Virus record (IMG/VR): IMGVR_UViG_3300044707_000321 | Location: 635-64,634 of that record | Length of the DNA: 64,000 bases | Source: a virus | Taxonomy: Duplodnaviria; Caudoviricetes | Direction: 5' to 3' (one strand) | Shown here: in pieces, positions 18,550-26,999 of the stretch | How the letters are laid out: every line of letters begins with the position of its first letter | Numbering within the stretch: the stretch's first letter is position 1 | Notes under the pieces: generated by a model | Seen by the model: only the letters and a program-made list of their open reading frames with translations | Told to the model about the DNA's origin: nothing | Databases searched by the model: none | Made by a program: the position numbers and the translations under genes

Positions 18550-19091
18550 ATACTTAAAATTGATTTTGGATCGGTGATGCCGGCCATGGCATCTGTTCGC
18601 ACAAACCGATCTTCATGAATGTCAAACGAGGCAATCAGGTTGCCCATACCCGTAAGACTATTAACCACATGGGATCCCTTTGCGTATGACCTATAGTGAT
18701 ATTCGCTTTGTAGCCTTAAAGGGTTCGATATAACGGCATATCCACCGACCTCCACCAATCCTTTCATGTCTCTTAAAAAGTTTAAGTAGCAAGGAACGTG
18801 TTCGATAACGTGGAATGCGCTTACTACTCCAAACTTGTGCGTCCGGATGGTGTGGAAGGGGATCGTTATATCGACCGGTTGATTCGGGGCCGGATCTTGG
18901 CTCATGTAGGTAAAGCCAAACCCAGCGATGCGTTGCTCGGCCCTAGCTTGGCCGGCCCCGATGTCTAGCCATGACCGGTTAGGCAGTGGCAATAGGCACA
19001 ACAAGGATCCGGCTATGATCTGCTCAAGCCTCTGGTTGTCCGGACGGCATTCGTCACCGGACTCCTTGAGTGGATCTCGGTAAATGCTCAA
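18537..19091 (-). CDS. Class I SAM-dependent methyltransferase
   Basis: WLDIGAG motif I; F.VV.AFHVIEHV; L..GG..VIS.P. Confidence 0.85.
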   Translation of the reverse strand: MSIYRDPLKESGDECRPDNQRLEQIIAGSLLCLLPLPNRSWLDIGAGQARAEQRIAGFGFTYMSQDPAPNQPVDITIPFHTIRTHKFGVVSAFHVIEHVPCYLNFLRDMKGLVEVGGYAVISNPLRLQSEYHYRSYAKGSHVVNSLTGMGNLIASFDIHEDRFVRTDAMAGITDPKSILSIWKP

Positions 19092-19273
19092 GCAGTCCTC
19101 CGGCCAAGCTCTTGTTTAAGATGCTTGAAATACTGACTTCCGGTTTCCCTGCCCTTCGGCAACTGAGTCCAATTTTTTTTGTCCTGCTCCTTGGTAAAGT
19201 TGCCGGAGATCATAGTTTCCAGTCGGGCAATCATCTCTTTGATCGCCTGAGTTTTCATTTTGTTAATCTTCAT
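19088..19273 (-). CDS. Small hypothetical protein
   Basis: 61 aa, coupled on both sides. Confidence 0.55.
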   Translation of the reverse strand: MKINKMKTQAIKEMIARLETMISGNFTKEQDKKNWTQLPKGRETGSQYFKHLKQELGRRTA

Positions 19274-20325
19274 TTTTTCATCAACCTCGGCTCGCTTTCA
19301 ATCACCTCTAGTTCGTCACCCAACAGATTCGACAATGCCTCTTTTGAGTCTTTCACACCAAGTTGTTGTTTTTTTGCCAACAACTTCTGCAAATCGCCCA
19401 CCTTTACGGAACAACAAGACGCAAACTCGGATCCGTTAAGGATGGTCGATAGCTTGGTAAAGGCAGTCTCAGGACTCTTAATCGCACGACGTTGAACCGG
19501 AGAACTCAATTTATAGCCCTTTATTGCTTCAGGATTAGCCCTTAAAAGAGTCTTAGCCTTCTCCTTGATACTTTCTATGATCTGCTCAACGATTTCGGCC
19601 CTAATGAGCAATTCCTCGAAAGGCATACCCAACTCGAACTTCGACTCTTGTGGAACGATTTGCATGCTTTCGCCTATGGCCGTTTCGCATACGCCGATTG
19701 CCTTGCAGTACTTACACCATGTCCCACTCTTTCGTGGGGCATTGTCCTGATCCAGTGCCTTTAGTCCGGTTAGAATGTTCTCACGGGATAGGCGTATATC
19801 ACTTTTGGAATAAGCGCAAAGGGTCGTAGGTGAGCCAATCTGGATGATGCCTACGGTAATTTCTTCAAGGTTGGGATGCTCCTGAGCCATGAGTACGGCC
19901 AAGAAGCGGAGTTGAAGATTCTTGCCGGCTTTATCGACTTCGCCCCTGCCTGTCTTGTAATCGATAATGATTCCCCGCTTACCGCATGCGGAGATCGCCA
20001 TGAGATCCCCCTTGCCGGAGGCTAGTTCTTTGCCTTGTTCCACAAGGAACAACCGCTTTTCCCTAGTTACCAGAGGCTTCTCAGATTCCCAGCTAGCCAC
20101 AACCAAGTCGCTTTCAGTGTTCAGCGTCTCGGCCATGTCACGTTCAGCGTCATTCAGGGTCGTCCAAGGTGCTTCGCCGGCTAGCACGTCATGGATCCTA
20201 GTACCGGCCTCAGACGCCGGATTGGACGTGTCCGGAAAGCCGGACTCTGCCCGAAAGGATCCTGCACAGTTCAGGAAGCGTTTGGCGTTGCTTGCGCTGG
20301 GTAATCCTTTGCGCTCGTCGCTCAT
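19270..20325 (-). CDS. DUF2800/Cas4-like PD-(D/E)XK exonuclease (RecT partner)
   Basis: SAS...R...C.GS, GT.IH, G..D, IIDYKTG, N.QL, G.WCKYC.A...C. Confidence 0.88.
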   Translation of the reverse strand: MSDERKGLPSASNAKRFLNCAGSFRAESGFPDTSNPASEAGTRIHDVLAGEAPWTTLNDAERDMAETLNTESDLVVASWESEKPLVTREKRLFLVEQGKELASGKGDLMAISACGKRGIIIDYKTGRGEVDKAGKNLQLRFLAVLMAQEHPNLEEITVGIIQIGSPTTLCAYSKSDIRLSRENILTGLKALDQDNAPRKSGTWCKYCKAIGVCETAIGESMQIVPQESKFELGMPFEELLIRAEIVEQIIESIKEKAKTLLRANPEAIKGYKLSSPVQRRAIKSPETAFTKLSTILNGSEFASCCSVKVGDLQKLLAKKQQLGVKDSKEALSNLLGDELEVIESEPRLMKK

Positions 20326-21044
20326 TTTGCTTCCTCAAATATCGGGGTTGCAACAACCGGTATGCTCGACGCTTTGCCGGCAAACTGGTGGACGTCCTCA
20401 CGCTCGATCTGATCCCGCACTTCGGGCGACAACGGAACCCACTTGGATGCCCGTCGAAATACCGTCTTTTTCGCCATCTCATTCCAGTCCGTAACCCAAG
20501 GGCCGGACTTACCGGCCTTGGAACGTGACCGGATCGATTCGACGTCGGCCTTTGTCATTACTTCACATTTGTTCGATCCGTCCTTCATGCGAATCATGCA
20601 ATAGACCGCAATCACGGCCCCACGATCCTTCCGGAAGTCGATCTTGTGCTGTTTGATTTCGCCAAGGTCGTATTCGAAAACGTCACCCTCGCAAACGACG
20701 TCGGCATGGATCGATAGGACGTGGCCTGACCTCATGATCAGGTCAAGGATCCCCTTGTAGTCCACCACCAGAGTAGCCACGTTGCCGTAGGGGATAAGGT
20801 GCGCCCGTCGCCCGTCCGGTTCTAGGCCCATGGCCCCCAAATCTACCAAGCACTGAAAGAGGCTCGGCTTCGAGCAGTTCAGCAGGGCCGGCGTCTTGTT
20901 GATTGCCATCAGTGCCACCCTTGCGAAACGTTCCGGCGTCAGGTGCTTTGGCAGGGCATCGGAAATCTTCTTTTTGAACTCGTCGGATCCGATCAGTTCC
21001 CGAATCGTGTTCTCGCTCTTTACTGCAATTTCTTTGTCGCTCAT
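20322..21044 (-). CDS. recT: RecT single-strand annealing recombinase
   Basis: LPKHLTPERF.R, GLEPDG..AHLIPY, YKG..L..RSG, GPWVTDW.EMAKKTV.RR..K..PLS. Confidence 0.95.
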   Translation of the reverse strand: MSDKEIAVKSENTIRELIGSDEFKKKISDALPKHLTPERFARVALMAINKTPALLNCSKPSLFQCLVDLGAMGLEPDGRRAHLIPYGNVATLVVDYKGILDLIMRSGHVLSIHADVVCEGDVFEYDLGEIKQHKIDFRKDRGAVIAVYCMIRMKDGSNKCEVMTKADVESIRSRSKAGKSGPWVTDWNEMAKKTVFRRASKWVPLSPEVRDQIEREDVHQFAGKASSIPVVATPIFEEAK

Positions 21045-21054
21045 GGTTGTCTCC

Positions 21055-21204
21055 TTATTGGTTGTGTAAGTATTCCCATCCCATGCCGTCCTCCCGTAAT
21101 TGGGACTTCGTGCTGGTAGGGACGTTGATGAAGCTCATGTCTTTTTTGACGTCTAGTTCGTGGTCGCAACTCGGCTCATTACTATCCTGTTTAGGATTAG
21201 TCAT
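21055..21204 (-). CDS. Small hypothetical protein
   Basis: MTNPKQDSNEPSC...; AAGGA SD upstream. Confidence 0.45.
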   Translation of the reverse strand: MTNPKQDSNEPSCDHELDVKKDMSFINVPTSTKSQLREDGMGWEYLHNQ

Positions 21205-21322
21205 GCTGGTTCGTCCTTTCGTAGAACTTGATCGCCAAGTCATCTGCTTTCCTTGCACCCCATTCGAGAACGTCTTTCACAAAGACAAACATTTCGAATA
21301 GGGCGTAGTTTATTTGATTCAT
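21197..21322 (-). CDS. 41-aa hypothetical, first gene of the recombination operon
   Basis: MNQINYALFEMFVFVKDVLEWGARKADDLAIKFYERTNQHD; not in the ORF track. Confidence 0.4.
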   Translation of the reverse strand: MNQINYALFEMFVFVKDVLEWGARKADDLAIKFYERTNQHD

Positions 21323-21450
21323 TTTATGCCTTTCAACGCACGGAATAGGCGCACAAGCCCCCGTGGTAATTATTTGTTTTTAGTGTGAATAGATGCGCCC
21401 GTGGGACACTGCCACAATCGGCGCACTGTAAGTTACTGACTGAAAGCACT

Positions 21451-21480
21451 CGGACGGGGTGGGATTTGAACCCACGGTAG
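21451..21480 (-). other. attP core candidate: 3' fragment (T-arm and acceptor strand) of a tRNA, probably tRNA-Ser
   Basis: Minus strand reads CTACCGTGGGTTCAAATCCCACCCCGTCCG; no 5' half or CCA; about 90 bp upstream of the integrase. Confidence 0.8.
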
Positions 21481-21566
21481 GATACAAGGGTAAGATTTGT
21501 ATGATAGTGACTTAATCCTTCACTTACTGATTTGATTTGATTGGGTTTGCGTGTGACACTTGTTAC

Positions 21567-22646
21567 ATGGCGAGTATCTATAAGAGAAAGCGTTCGAAGT
21601 TCTGGTACGTGAGAATTAAGCAGGGCAACCGCTGGGTTGCCAAAGCTACTCGCTACCTTGTTGCCGATCCACTGGCAACGGCCCGTGCCAAGGTTTATGC
21701 GTCCACTCTTTCCGTTGGCGAGGTTTCCGTTCCCCAAAATAAAAGTACCGACTGGGTTGTTCCGATGATTGAAAACATGCCGATTACGACTGGAACTTGT
21801 GAGCGTTATCTCTCGGCGTGGCGATCCCTTAATCAATTTATGACTCTGAAAAAAATTCGGTTGGATGAGTTCGGGCCAATTCACGCAAACTTGTTTATAG
21901 GTTGGAGACATGACGTAAAGAAAAATCTTTCGAGAAAAAAACTTTCTAGGAATACCATGATTCAGGAGTTGAAAATCCTGAAGATAATCCAACGGCAGGG
22001 ACGCCTTTTAGGAAAAATGGAAGGTCGCCCCATGGATGACTATAAATGCCAACAAACGGCAAAAAGAATCCGTCCAGAACTCACGGATGAGGAGATCCAA
22101 AAGTGCCGAATGGCACTTATGAATAAGCCCTCTTGGATGGGCGTAGCCTTTGAGATCAGCTTGGCGACCGGATGCCGGCTAAGGGAGTGTTGCATTCCCA
22201 CCTCCTGTATCGATCTGGAAAGGCGAACAGTCACCTTCCCCAACCCCAAGGGCGGGGAGACGAAAGCCTTCCTTATCCCCATCCCCGCATCGATCCTCCC
22301 TCTTCTGACTCATATCGTAGAAAGCGGGGCAAGGGTTACTTGCCTTATGCCACGTAAAGCCTCGTACCGGTTCCGCCGGATGTTCGACCGAATTGGGATG
22401 CCTAACCACACTTTTCACAGCCTACGTATTACCCGTGTATCCCGAATGCGTAGGGCCGAAGTGCCAAGGGCATCTGCCATGAGGCTCGTCAATCATAGTT
22501 CTGAAATAGTTCACCGAATGTATGATCGTTTTGAGATGGGAGATCTAAGGAAGTACGTGGACGCCGGTAGTACACCTCTCGCCAACGGTCAAAATCAGAC
22601 GGCACAACTACCCCTTCCAAAATTGGAAAGCCGGCGCATTCTCTGA
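21567..22646 (+). CDS. int: Tyrosine recombinase / phage integrase
   Basis: N-terminal arm-binding MASIYKRKRSKFWY; TGCRLRE (R), PKGG (K), FHSLR (H-x-x-R), LVNHSS..VHRMY (H, Y). Confidence 0.93.
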   Translation: MASIYKRKRSKFWYVRIKQGNRWVAKATRYLVADPLATARAKVYASTLSVGEVSVPQNKSTDWVVPMIENMPITTGTCERYLSAWRSLNQFMTLKKIRLDEFGPIHANLFIGWRHDVKKNLSRKKLSRNTMIQELKILKIIQRQGRLLGKMEGRPMDDYKCQQTAKRIRPELTDEEIQKCRMALMNKPSWMGVAFEISLATGCRLRECCIPTSCIDLERRTVTFPNPKGGETKAFLIPIPASILPLLTHIVESGARVTCLMPRKASYRFRRMFDRIGMPNHTFHSLRITRVSRMRRAEVPRASAMRLVNHSSEIVHRMYDRFEMGDLRKYVDAGSTPLANGQNQTAQLPLPKLESRRIL

Positions 22647-22773
22647 GTTTGCAGATACGGGCGTAGGTTAATCCGTAGGCAATCGAAAGTTCCCTGAGGC
22701 TCAGGGCCAGATCTAATTTTCTCTTTTCGTGAGCAGAAATTCGTCCCCTTCCATTCCCAGCAGTGAAATCCAT
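22489..22773 (-). CDS. Putative excisionase-like DNA-binding protein
   Basis: LSLRELSIAYGLTY...GFP..EG.V..SDFDRW HTH/wing pattern; convergent with and overlapping the int 3' end. Confidence 0.55.
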   Translation of the reverse strand: MDFTAGNGRGRISAHEKRKLDLALSLRELSIAYGLTYARICKLRECAGFPILEGVVVPSDFDRWREVYYRRPRTSLDLPSQNDHTFGELFQNYD

Positions 22774-22820
22774 TAAAGCTAATTACAAAATACGCTTTTT
22801 ATTGTAAATGCTATTTATAA

Positions 22821-22856
22821 GGTGTTAAACACCATAAAGATGCGGTGTTTTACACC
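22821..22856. promoter_or_regulatory. Pair of palindromic operators GGTGT-WWW-ACACC in the divergent xis/RHH intergenic region
   Basis: GGTGTTAAACACC at 22821-22833 and GGTGTTTTACACC at 22844-22856. Confidence 0.65.
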
Positions 22857-22901
22857 GGCTTAAATTACTTGGATTCTACCGAGAAGCGGGTAGGTATCCG
22901 T

Positions 22902-23123
22902 ATGCCCAATAAGAGACATCCAACACGGACTTTCGTTGGATTATGGATTTCGCAAAGCAATAAACTGAGCCTACAAAGTTTGGCTAGTTTCGAAAAACTT
23001 AGTGTGTCTGCCTACTTGTCGAAGCTCGTCACTTCGAATCTCAAATCAAAAAGCAAAGTTCTCATAGCTTTGACCAGAAGTGCGCCGACCCAAACTGAAG
23101 TGAGTGTCGATGTAGCGTCGTAG
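22902..23123 (+). CDS. Ribbon-helix-helix transcriptional regulator
   Basis: MPNKRHPTRTFVGLWIS...LQSLA...LSVSAYLSKLV: alternating beta strand followed by two helices. Confidence 0.55.
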   Translation: MPNKRHPTRTFVGLWISQSNKLSLQSLASFEKLSVSAYLSKLVTSNLKSKSKVLIALTRSAPTQTEVSVDVAS

Positions 23124-23384
23124 TTTCTCTCGGTCGTACTCGGTTGCGTTGAGTCCGTACTTATCCATCCACTCCCAGTAGAACTTCCGTTCGTCTGTTA
23201 GGTCGCAGTAGTACCGGTAGCATCGCAATTCCATCGTCGCTATCCGCACGTTTCGCTCTTCCTCCGGCATCTTCGACGACATGACTTGAGGCAGTTGCCT
23301 GAGCAGGAAATCCCGCTTGTATGCCTCGTATCCGTCGGCGAAGGCTCCGGTGGCAGTCAGGAGGAGTAGGGTCAGGTACTTCAC
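23046..23384 (-). CDS. Secreted hypothetical protein (signal peptide)
   Basis: MKYLTLLLLTATGAFA/D Sec-type signal. Confidence 0.6.
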   Translation of the reverse strand: MKYLTLLLLTATGAFADGYEAYKRDFLLRQLPQVMSSKMPEEERNVRIATMELRCYRYYCDLTDERKFYWEWMDKYGLNATEYDREKLRRYIDTHFSLGRRTSGQSYENFAF

Positions 23385-23626
23385 AGAACCCCACTCACCT
23401 TCAACTGGTAGAAGGGCTTGAAGAACGTGTCGCCGATCAAGGCGATGTCCTCGGCGTTGCTGGGTTCCGTGTTCTTCAGGGTTTCGTATCCGATGGCGAG
23501 AGCATGACCCATCACGTACCGACCCCGTGGCGAACCGAGGAGAAGTTTTGCGACGTTCTCCCTGTCATCGCCCTTGAGGTTGGCGTACTTGTTGAGTGCC
23601 GGCAGTTTCAGTTTCCGTGTTTTCAT
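23381..23626 (-). CDS. Early-region hypothetical protein
   Basis: AGGAGG SD; coupled. Confidence 0.65.
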   Translation of the reverse strand: MKTRKLKLPALNKYANLKGDDRENVAKLLLGSPRGRYVMGHALAIGYETLKNTEPSNAEDIALIGDTFFKPFYQLKVSGVL

Positions 23627-23829
23627 GTCTGTCCTCCTTTTTGGTTTTTTGTTTCTTGGTTGAAGATTTCCAGTTTCCCATTTCCCTCATTTTCGATGCA
23701 CCATTGTTTCGCTTCTTCCGCATCAGCAAGGTTATTGTAGTAGTGGCAAAACGTTTCGTCCCCGTCGCTGAAACTGACTTTGTACCTCGTCGGGGCGGGG
23801 CCGGTGGCGGGGAGGTTTTTTTCGTTCAC
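23623..23829 (-). CDS. Early-region hypothetical protein (apparently leaderless GTG start)
   Basis: MNEKNLPATGPAPT...; GTG 28 nt from a TTGTTGTCA box. Confidence 0.65.
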   Translation of the reverse strand: MNEKNLPATGPAPTRYKVSFSDGDETFCHYYNNLADAEEAKQWCIENEGNGKLEIFNQETKNQKGGQT

Positions 23830-23866
23830 GATTCCAATAGTCGTGACGCAACGAAACTGACAACAA
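23830..23866 (-). promoter_or_regulatory. Conserved phage promoter, copy 1
   Basis: TTGTTGTCA-N17-CTATTGGAATC-GTGAAC. Confidence 0.75.
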
Positions 23867-23905
23867 AAGTATTTCGCTATTTAGCAGTTACTTAGAAAGT
23901 ATTGC

Positions 23906-24727
23906 TCAATCTACATGCGAACCAACTCTAATAGCTTCACGTCTTTCAATCTCTGTCAGCTTGCACCTTGCCATAATAGCGTCCCCTGCTTCGCCTACAG
24001 GCATTAAAGCACAAAGCATCTCTGGTTTGCCGTATATTTCACTTATAGAATCGCACCCTTTCGGCATAGTTACCCATCGATGAGTACTCCCCTTTTCTGA
24101 AAGTGGGCCTTGCTTGAAAAGATCGTAAATAACTGCCGGCCATTTGCCGTACTCTGCCCACCATGCAAAATTATTATCAGCATTATTTAACACACCCATG
24201 TAATAGCTTCGGGGAAGAGCATGAATTATATCTTTTGAAACGACATGCTGTGCGCCTACAAAAGCCATCGAGAATATATCGGCCCACCTAAACTCAATAG
24301 GCTCAAAACCCCATAGAAAACTTATGATTTTACAATCAAGTGGAGTAAAGAAATGTCCTCTTGGATTTGCGGGGCCGGCATTCTTTACTTCTACTAAGGA
24401 GGGCCATATAAAAAAACCATTGTTAGGGAGTGGTCTGAATCCCCTCAGTGCGTTTAAGTCGAGGGGCCAATCTTTGTCTGTTTTGCCATAAGCCGGCCCC
24501 AAGTCTGCTTGCACAAAGAATGTGAAATCGGCCAAGTTTTCGTAGTTCGCAACAATATGGTGCAACCATTGTCCAGCTTCTCTGCCCCTGTTTCTTACGT
24601 TCTGCCCTGCCCGATAGACCGTTATTTTAGTATCCGGAAGTATATTTACTGCGTCATTACCGGCTTTCCAGAAGTCCAGCCATGTAAGGTTTTCAAGGTA
24701 AGAAGCCACCACTATTTCGTGTGTCAT
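23906..24727 (-). CDS. DUF3431-like protein (second copy)
   Basis: EIVVASY.ENL.W, NRGREAGQWLHHIV.NY.NLADFTFFVQ, GAQHVVSK..I...PRSYY. Confidence 0.75.
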   Translation of the reverse strand: MTHEIVVASYLENLTWLDFWKAGNDAVNILPDTKITVYRAGQNVRNRGREAGQWLHHIVANYENLADFTFFVQADLGPAYGKTDKDWPLDLNALRGFRPLPNNGFFIWPSLVEVKNAGPANPRGHFFTPLDCKIISFLWGFEPIEFRWADIFSMAFVGAQHVVSKDIIHALPRSYYMGVLNNADNNFAWWAEYGKWPAVIYDLFKQGPLSEKGSTHRWVTMPKGCDSISEIYGKPEMLCALMPVGEAGDAIMARCKLTEIERREAIRVGSHVD

Positions 24728-24764
24728 TATACATAACGACACCAACCGTTTTTTGCGTGTCGAG

Positions 24765-25097
24765 CTAGACTTTGCTCAAGACCGTCACCAACTGGGAGGC
24801 TTTTAGTAGGTTTAGCGACGTGTCAGTGTTGCCGGATCCCTTGATTCCGACGATCAATCCCCTGCCTCCGATTGTGAACTTGCCGTATTTTTCTGCGCCT
24901 ATTTCAAAGGATCCTGAGAAACGTTTTTTGGGATCCTTATTGTTCCAATCCTCATCTATGAAAATAGCGTCCTTGGCCCCTAGCCGGATCATTTCGATGT
25001 AGCCCCCGACTAGCTTTTGAGCCTCTGCCAGTTCCCCGCCGATCTCGACTTCTTGTACTGCCGGCGTAGCTGATGGGTTAATTAGAATGGCTTTCAT
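24765..25097 (-). CDS. DUF3846-like protein
   Basis: MKAILI.P...EVEI...L...QKLVGGYIE...IDED...I.G.GLIVG. Confidence 0.7.
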   Translation of the reverse strand: MKAILINPSATPAVQEVEIGGELAEAQKLVGGYIEMIRLGAKDAIFIDEDWNNKDPKKRFSGSFEIGAEKYGKFTIGGRGLIVGIKGSGNTDTSLNLLKASQLVTVLSKV

Positions 25098-25318
25098 TCG
25101 TCTCCGCAACATTCTGCACTTCTCGCATGCTTATTCAACCATTCGCACAATTCAGAAGGATTCTTGAACGATACCTTTGTCACAATGAAATAGTCCCGTG
25201 GGGTTTCATTACTCTGGTTGGCTTTTGCCTTTATTTCCTCAACTCCGGCTAGGGTAGTCGCAAATTGTCGAATGCTTCCGGCTAATCCTTCACTCCATTG
25301 TACTTCGTAAAACTTCAT
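25094..25318 (-). CDS. Early-region hypothetical protein
   Basis: MKFYEVQW..; AGGAGG SD. Confidence 0.6.
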   Translation of the reverse strand: MKFYEVQWSEGLAGSIRQFATTLAGVEEIKAKANQSNETPRDYFIVTKVSFKNPSELCEWLNKHARSAECCGDE

Positions 25319-25500
25319 TTCGCCTCCTCCTGCTTCCGTAGCCATTCGACCGGCACGGACATTTGCAGTCCTTTTGGGGTGGGGATAACGACTGCCTTTG
25401 CACCATTCCGGCCCCGATAATTCACAAGCACGTCCTCCTCGGTAAATGGACTGTGCATGATCACAATTTCATCGACTTGGAATGGTGCGTTGTCGCTCAT
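25315..25500 (-). CDS. Early-region hypothetical protein (SH3-like size) between 18-bp direct repeats
   Basis: MSDNAPFQVDEIV...; ATGA overlaps. Confidence 0.6.
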   Translation of the reverse strand: MSDNAPFQVDEIVIMHSPFTEEDVLVNYRGRNGAKAVVIPTPKGLQMSVPVEWLRKQEEAK

Positions 25501-25525
25501 TTTGTCCCCTGCTTCCGTAGCCATT
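25329..25525. repeat. 18-bp direct repeat CCTGCTTCCGTAGCCATT
   Basis: Identical copies at 25329-25346 and 25508-25525. Confidence 0.9.
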
Positions 25526-25733
25526 TCCCCATTTCCTCATAGGAGAGATCGGCCCCCATAGGTAGGTTCATCCAAGGTTGGTAGTCGCTGGGCCTCCAAC
25601 CTTCCATGATTTCGACGTCCACGGCCCCTTGTGCGTCACTGGTGGTCAATCCCTCCTCTTCAAGCTCGTTCACCCGTTCCTGCCAAGTTTTGTTGGCAGT
25701 GGTGGGGCCGGCGGGGAGGTTTCTTTGTTTCAC
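25497..25733 (-). CDS. Early-region hypothetical protein (apparently leaderless GTG start)
   Basis: MKQRNLPAGPTT...ERV.ELE.EGLTTSDAQG.VD.E; start reassigned to the GTG 28 nt from a TTGTTGTCA box. Confidence 0.65.
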   Translation of the reverse strand: MKQRNLPAGPTTANKTWQERVNELEEEGLTTSDAQGAVDVEIMEGWRPSDYQPWMNLPMGADLSYEEMGKWLRKQGTK

Positions 25734-25770
25734 GCCTTCTATAGTGCCGGCACTTGGATTCTGACAACAA
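25734..25770 (-). promoter_or_regulatory. Conserved phage promoter, copy 2
   Basis: TTGTTGTCA-N17-CTATAGAAGGC-GTGAAA. Confidence 0.75.
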
Positions 25771-25783
25771 CTATTTTCAGTAC

Positions 25784-26641
25784 TCATAATTCCTCGTTGC
25801 TCCCCTCTAGGCGGGTGGGCCATTGGTTGTAGGGGTTGCCCAGCTTGGAGAAGTTCAGGATGACTTTCGTATTCCAGACATACTTTCCGTTAGTCGTCGT
25901 CACGATCACTTTCCCGCCGGCCCAAGGATCGACTGCTCCGACGTAGGCAGTCTCGGTGATTTTCTCGGTTGTCCCAAGTCGTCCGTCTTTGATTACTTCC
26001 TCAGTCCGGCGAACGATTTTGCAAGCGAAGGCGTCACAAGCTGACTTGGCGTAGTCTTTGGAGTCTGTCTCAATCTTCTCCTCAATCCCCTCCTTTTTGG
26101 AGACTGTTGCACTGCCCCTATTTCCGTAGGAATCATCGTAGTCATACTCAAAAAGATCCCCGTAGCATTCCCTGAACTGGGAGTATTGGAAAAGACCTTT
26201 ATCAAAGTCAAAAGCATCACGAAAACCAACAATCTTGATCTTGTTTTTGAGTTTCTTGAAGAACTTAATCCCGTCCTTTAGATCCACGTTTTTCCGTTTG
26301 ATGATCGACTGGGCTAGGGCTTTTTCGACCGGTATCAGATTTATCCGTAGCGAGGAGGCTAGCTCTTTGATCCTCTGCTCCTCTGCCATCTTGGAGTTTT
26401 TCTTTTCCTCACGGGCCTTGGCCCTGCTCGCTTTTTCGAACCTCTCAAGCGCACTTCGGTAGGGATCCAGTGTTTGACCAATATCCCAGTTTGCATCGCT
26501 CATACCCCTAGTTTTCCTGTAAGCCACGGTAAGTTCATCAACGATGGCCCGTACTTCCGGTTCGCTTAGGTGCTTTAGTTCTCGGTACGTGTTAGCGTCG
26601 CCATTGGGTTTCCGGTACTGGGGAAATAACATTGTTCTCAT
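25784..26641 (-). CDS. Early-region hypothetical protein (285 aa)
   Basis: AGGAGG SD; C-terminal T.VILNFSKLGNPYNQWPTR motif resembles other phage early proteins. Confidence 0.7.
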   Translation of the reverse strand: MRTMLFPQYRKPNGDANTYRELKHLSEPEVRAIVDELTVAYRKTRGMSDANWDIGQTLDPYRSALERFEKASRAKAREEKKNSKMAEEQRIKELASSLRINLIPVEKALAQSIIKRKNVDLKDGIKFFKKLKNKIKIVGFRDAFDFDKGLFQYSQFRECYGDLFEYDYDDSYGNRGSATVSKKEGIEEKIETDSKDYAKSACDAFACKIVRRTEEVIKDGRLGTTEKITETAYVGAVDPWAGGKVIVTTTNGKYVWNTKVILNFSKLGNPYNQWPTRLEGSNEEL

Positions 26642-26850
26642 GATCCTCCTTCTAGTTTAATTGTCCCGAAGAAAACGCTATTTCCAGAGAGGAGAGCGTA
26701 GAGAGTAGTGCCGGATACTTCAGTCGTGTATTCGATCTCAGGAAGATCAGGCACTTCCCCTACATCCGCCACAGACCGGAAAGCAGACCGGAGCGCAGTC
26801 ACGGCCTCCCGCCGATTCCCGAAGTTTCTTTTGCCGATGGGAAAGTTCAC
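26638..26850 (-). CDS. Early-region hypothetical protein (apparently leaderless GTG start)
   Basis: MNFPIGKRNF...; GTG 28 nt from a TTGTTGTCA box. Confidence 0.6.
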   Translation of the reverse strand: MNFPIGKRNFGNRREAVTALRSAFRSVADVGEVPDLPEIEYTTEVSGTTLYALLSGNSVFFGTIKLEGGS

Positions 26851-26887
26851 GCATTCCATAGCCGGCCCTAATGCAAAGTGACAACAA
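26851..26887 (-). promoter_or_regulatory. Conserved phage promoter, copy 3 (leftward member of a divergent pair)
   Basis: TTGTTGTCA-N17-CTATGGAATGC-GTGAAC. Confidence 0.75.
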
Positions 26888-26929
26888 CTTTTTTAATCTT
26901 TTATTTCGTTGATAGTCAGTGAAATGTTT

Positions 26930-26966
26930 TTGTTGTCAAAAATACTTTGTTTGTACTATTGAATGT
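26930..26966 (+). promoter_or_regulatory. Conserved phage promoter, copy 4 (rightward member of a divergent pair)
   Basis: TTGTTGTCA-N17-CTATTGAATGT-GTGAAT. Confidence 0.75.
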
Positions 26967-26999
26967 GTGAATGAGAAAATGAGAAAGGAAAAAAGATGA
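26967..26999 (+). CDS. 10-aa putative leader peptide MNEKMRKEKR, ATGA-coupled to the next gene
   Basis: GTG at the same position as in the other three promoter copies; stop overlaps ATG 26996. Confidence 0.4.
   Translation: MNEKMRKEKR

Noticed and set aside
21440-21530. Complete tRNA gene
   Set aside because: Only the T-arm and 3' acceptor strand are present; no D-arm, anticodon arm or 5' acceptor strand, so treated as attP
21333-21992. 219-aa minus-strand ORF over attP/int, and the many short plus-strand ORFs opposite long minus-strand genes
   Set aside because: Shadow ORFs antisense to well-supported genes, with no recognisable motifs
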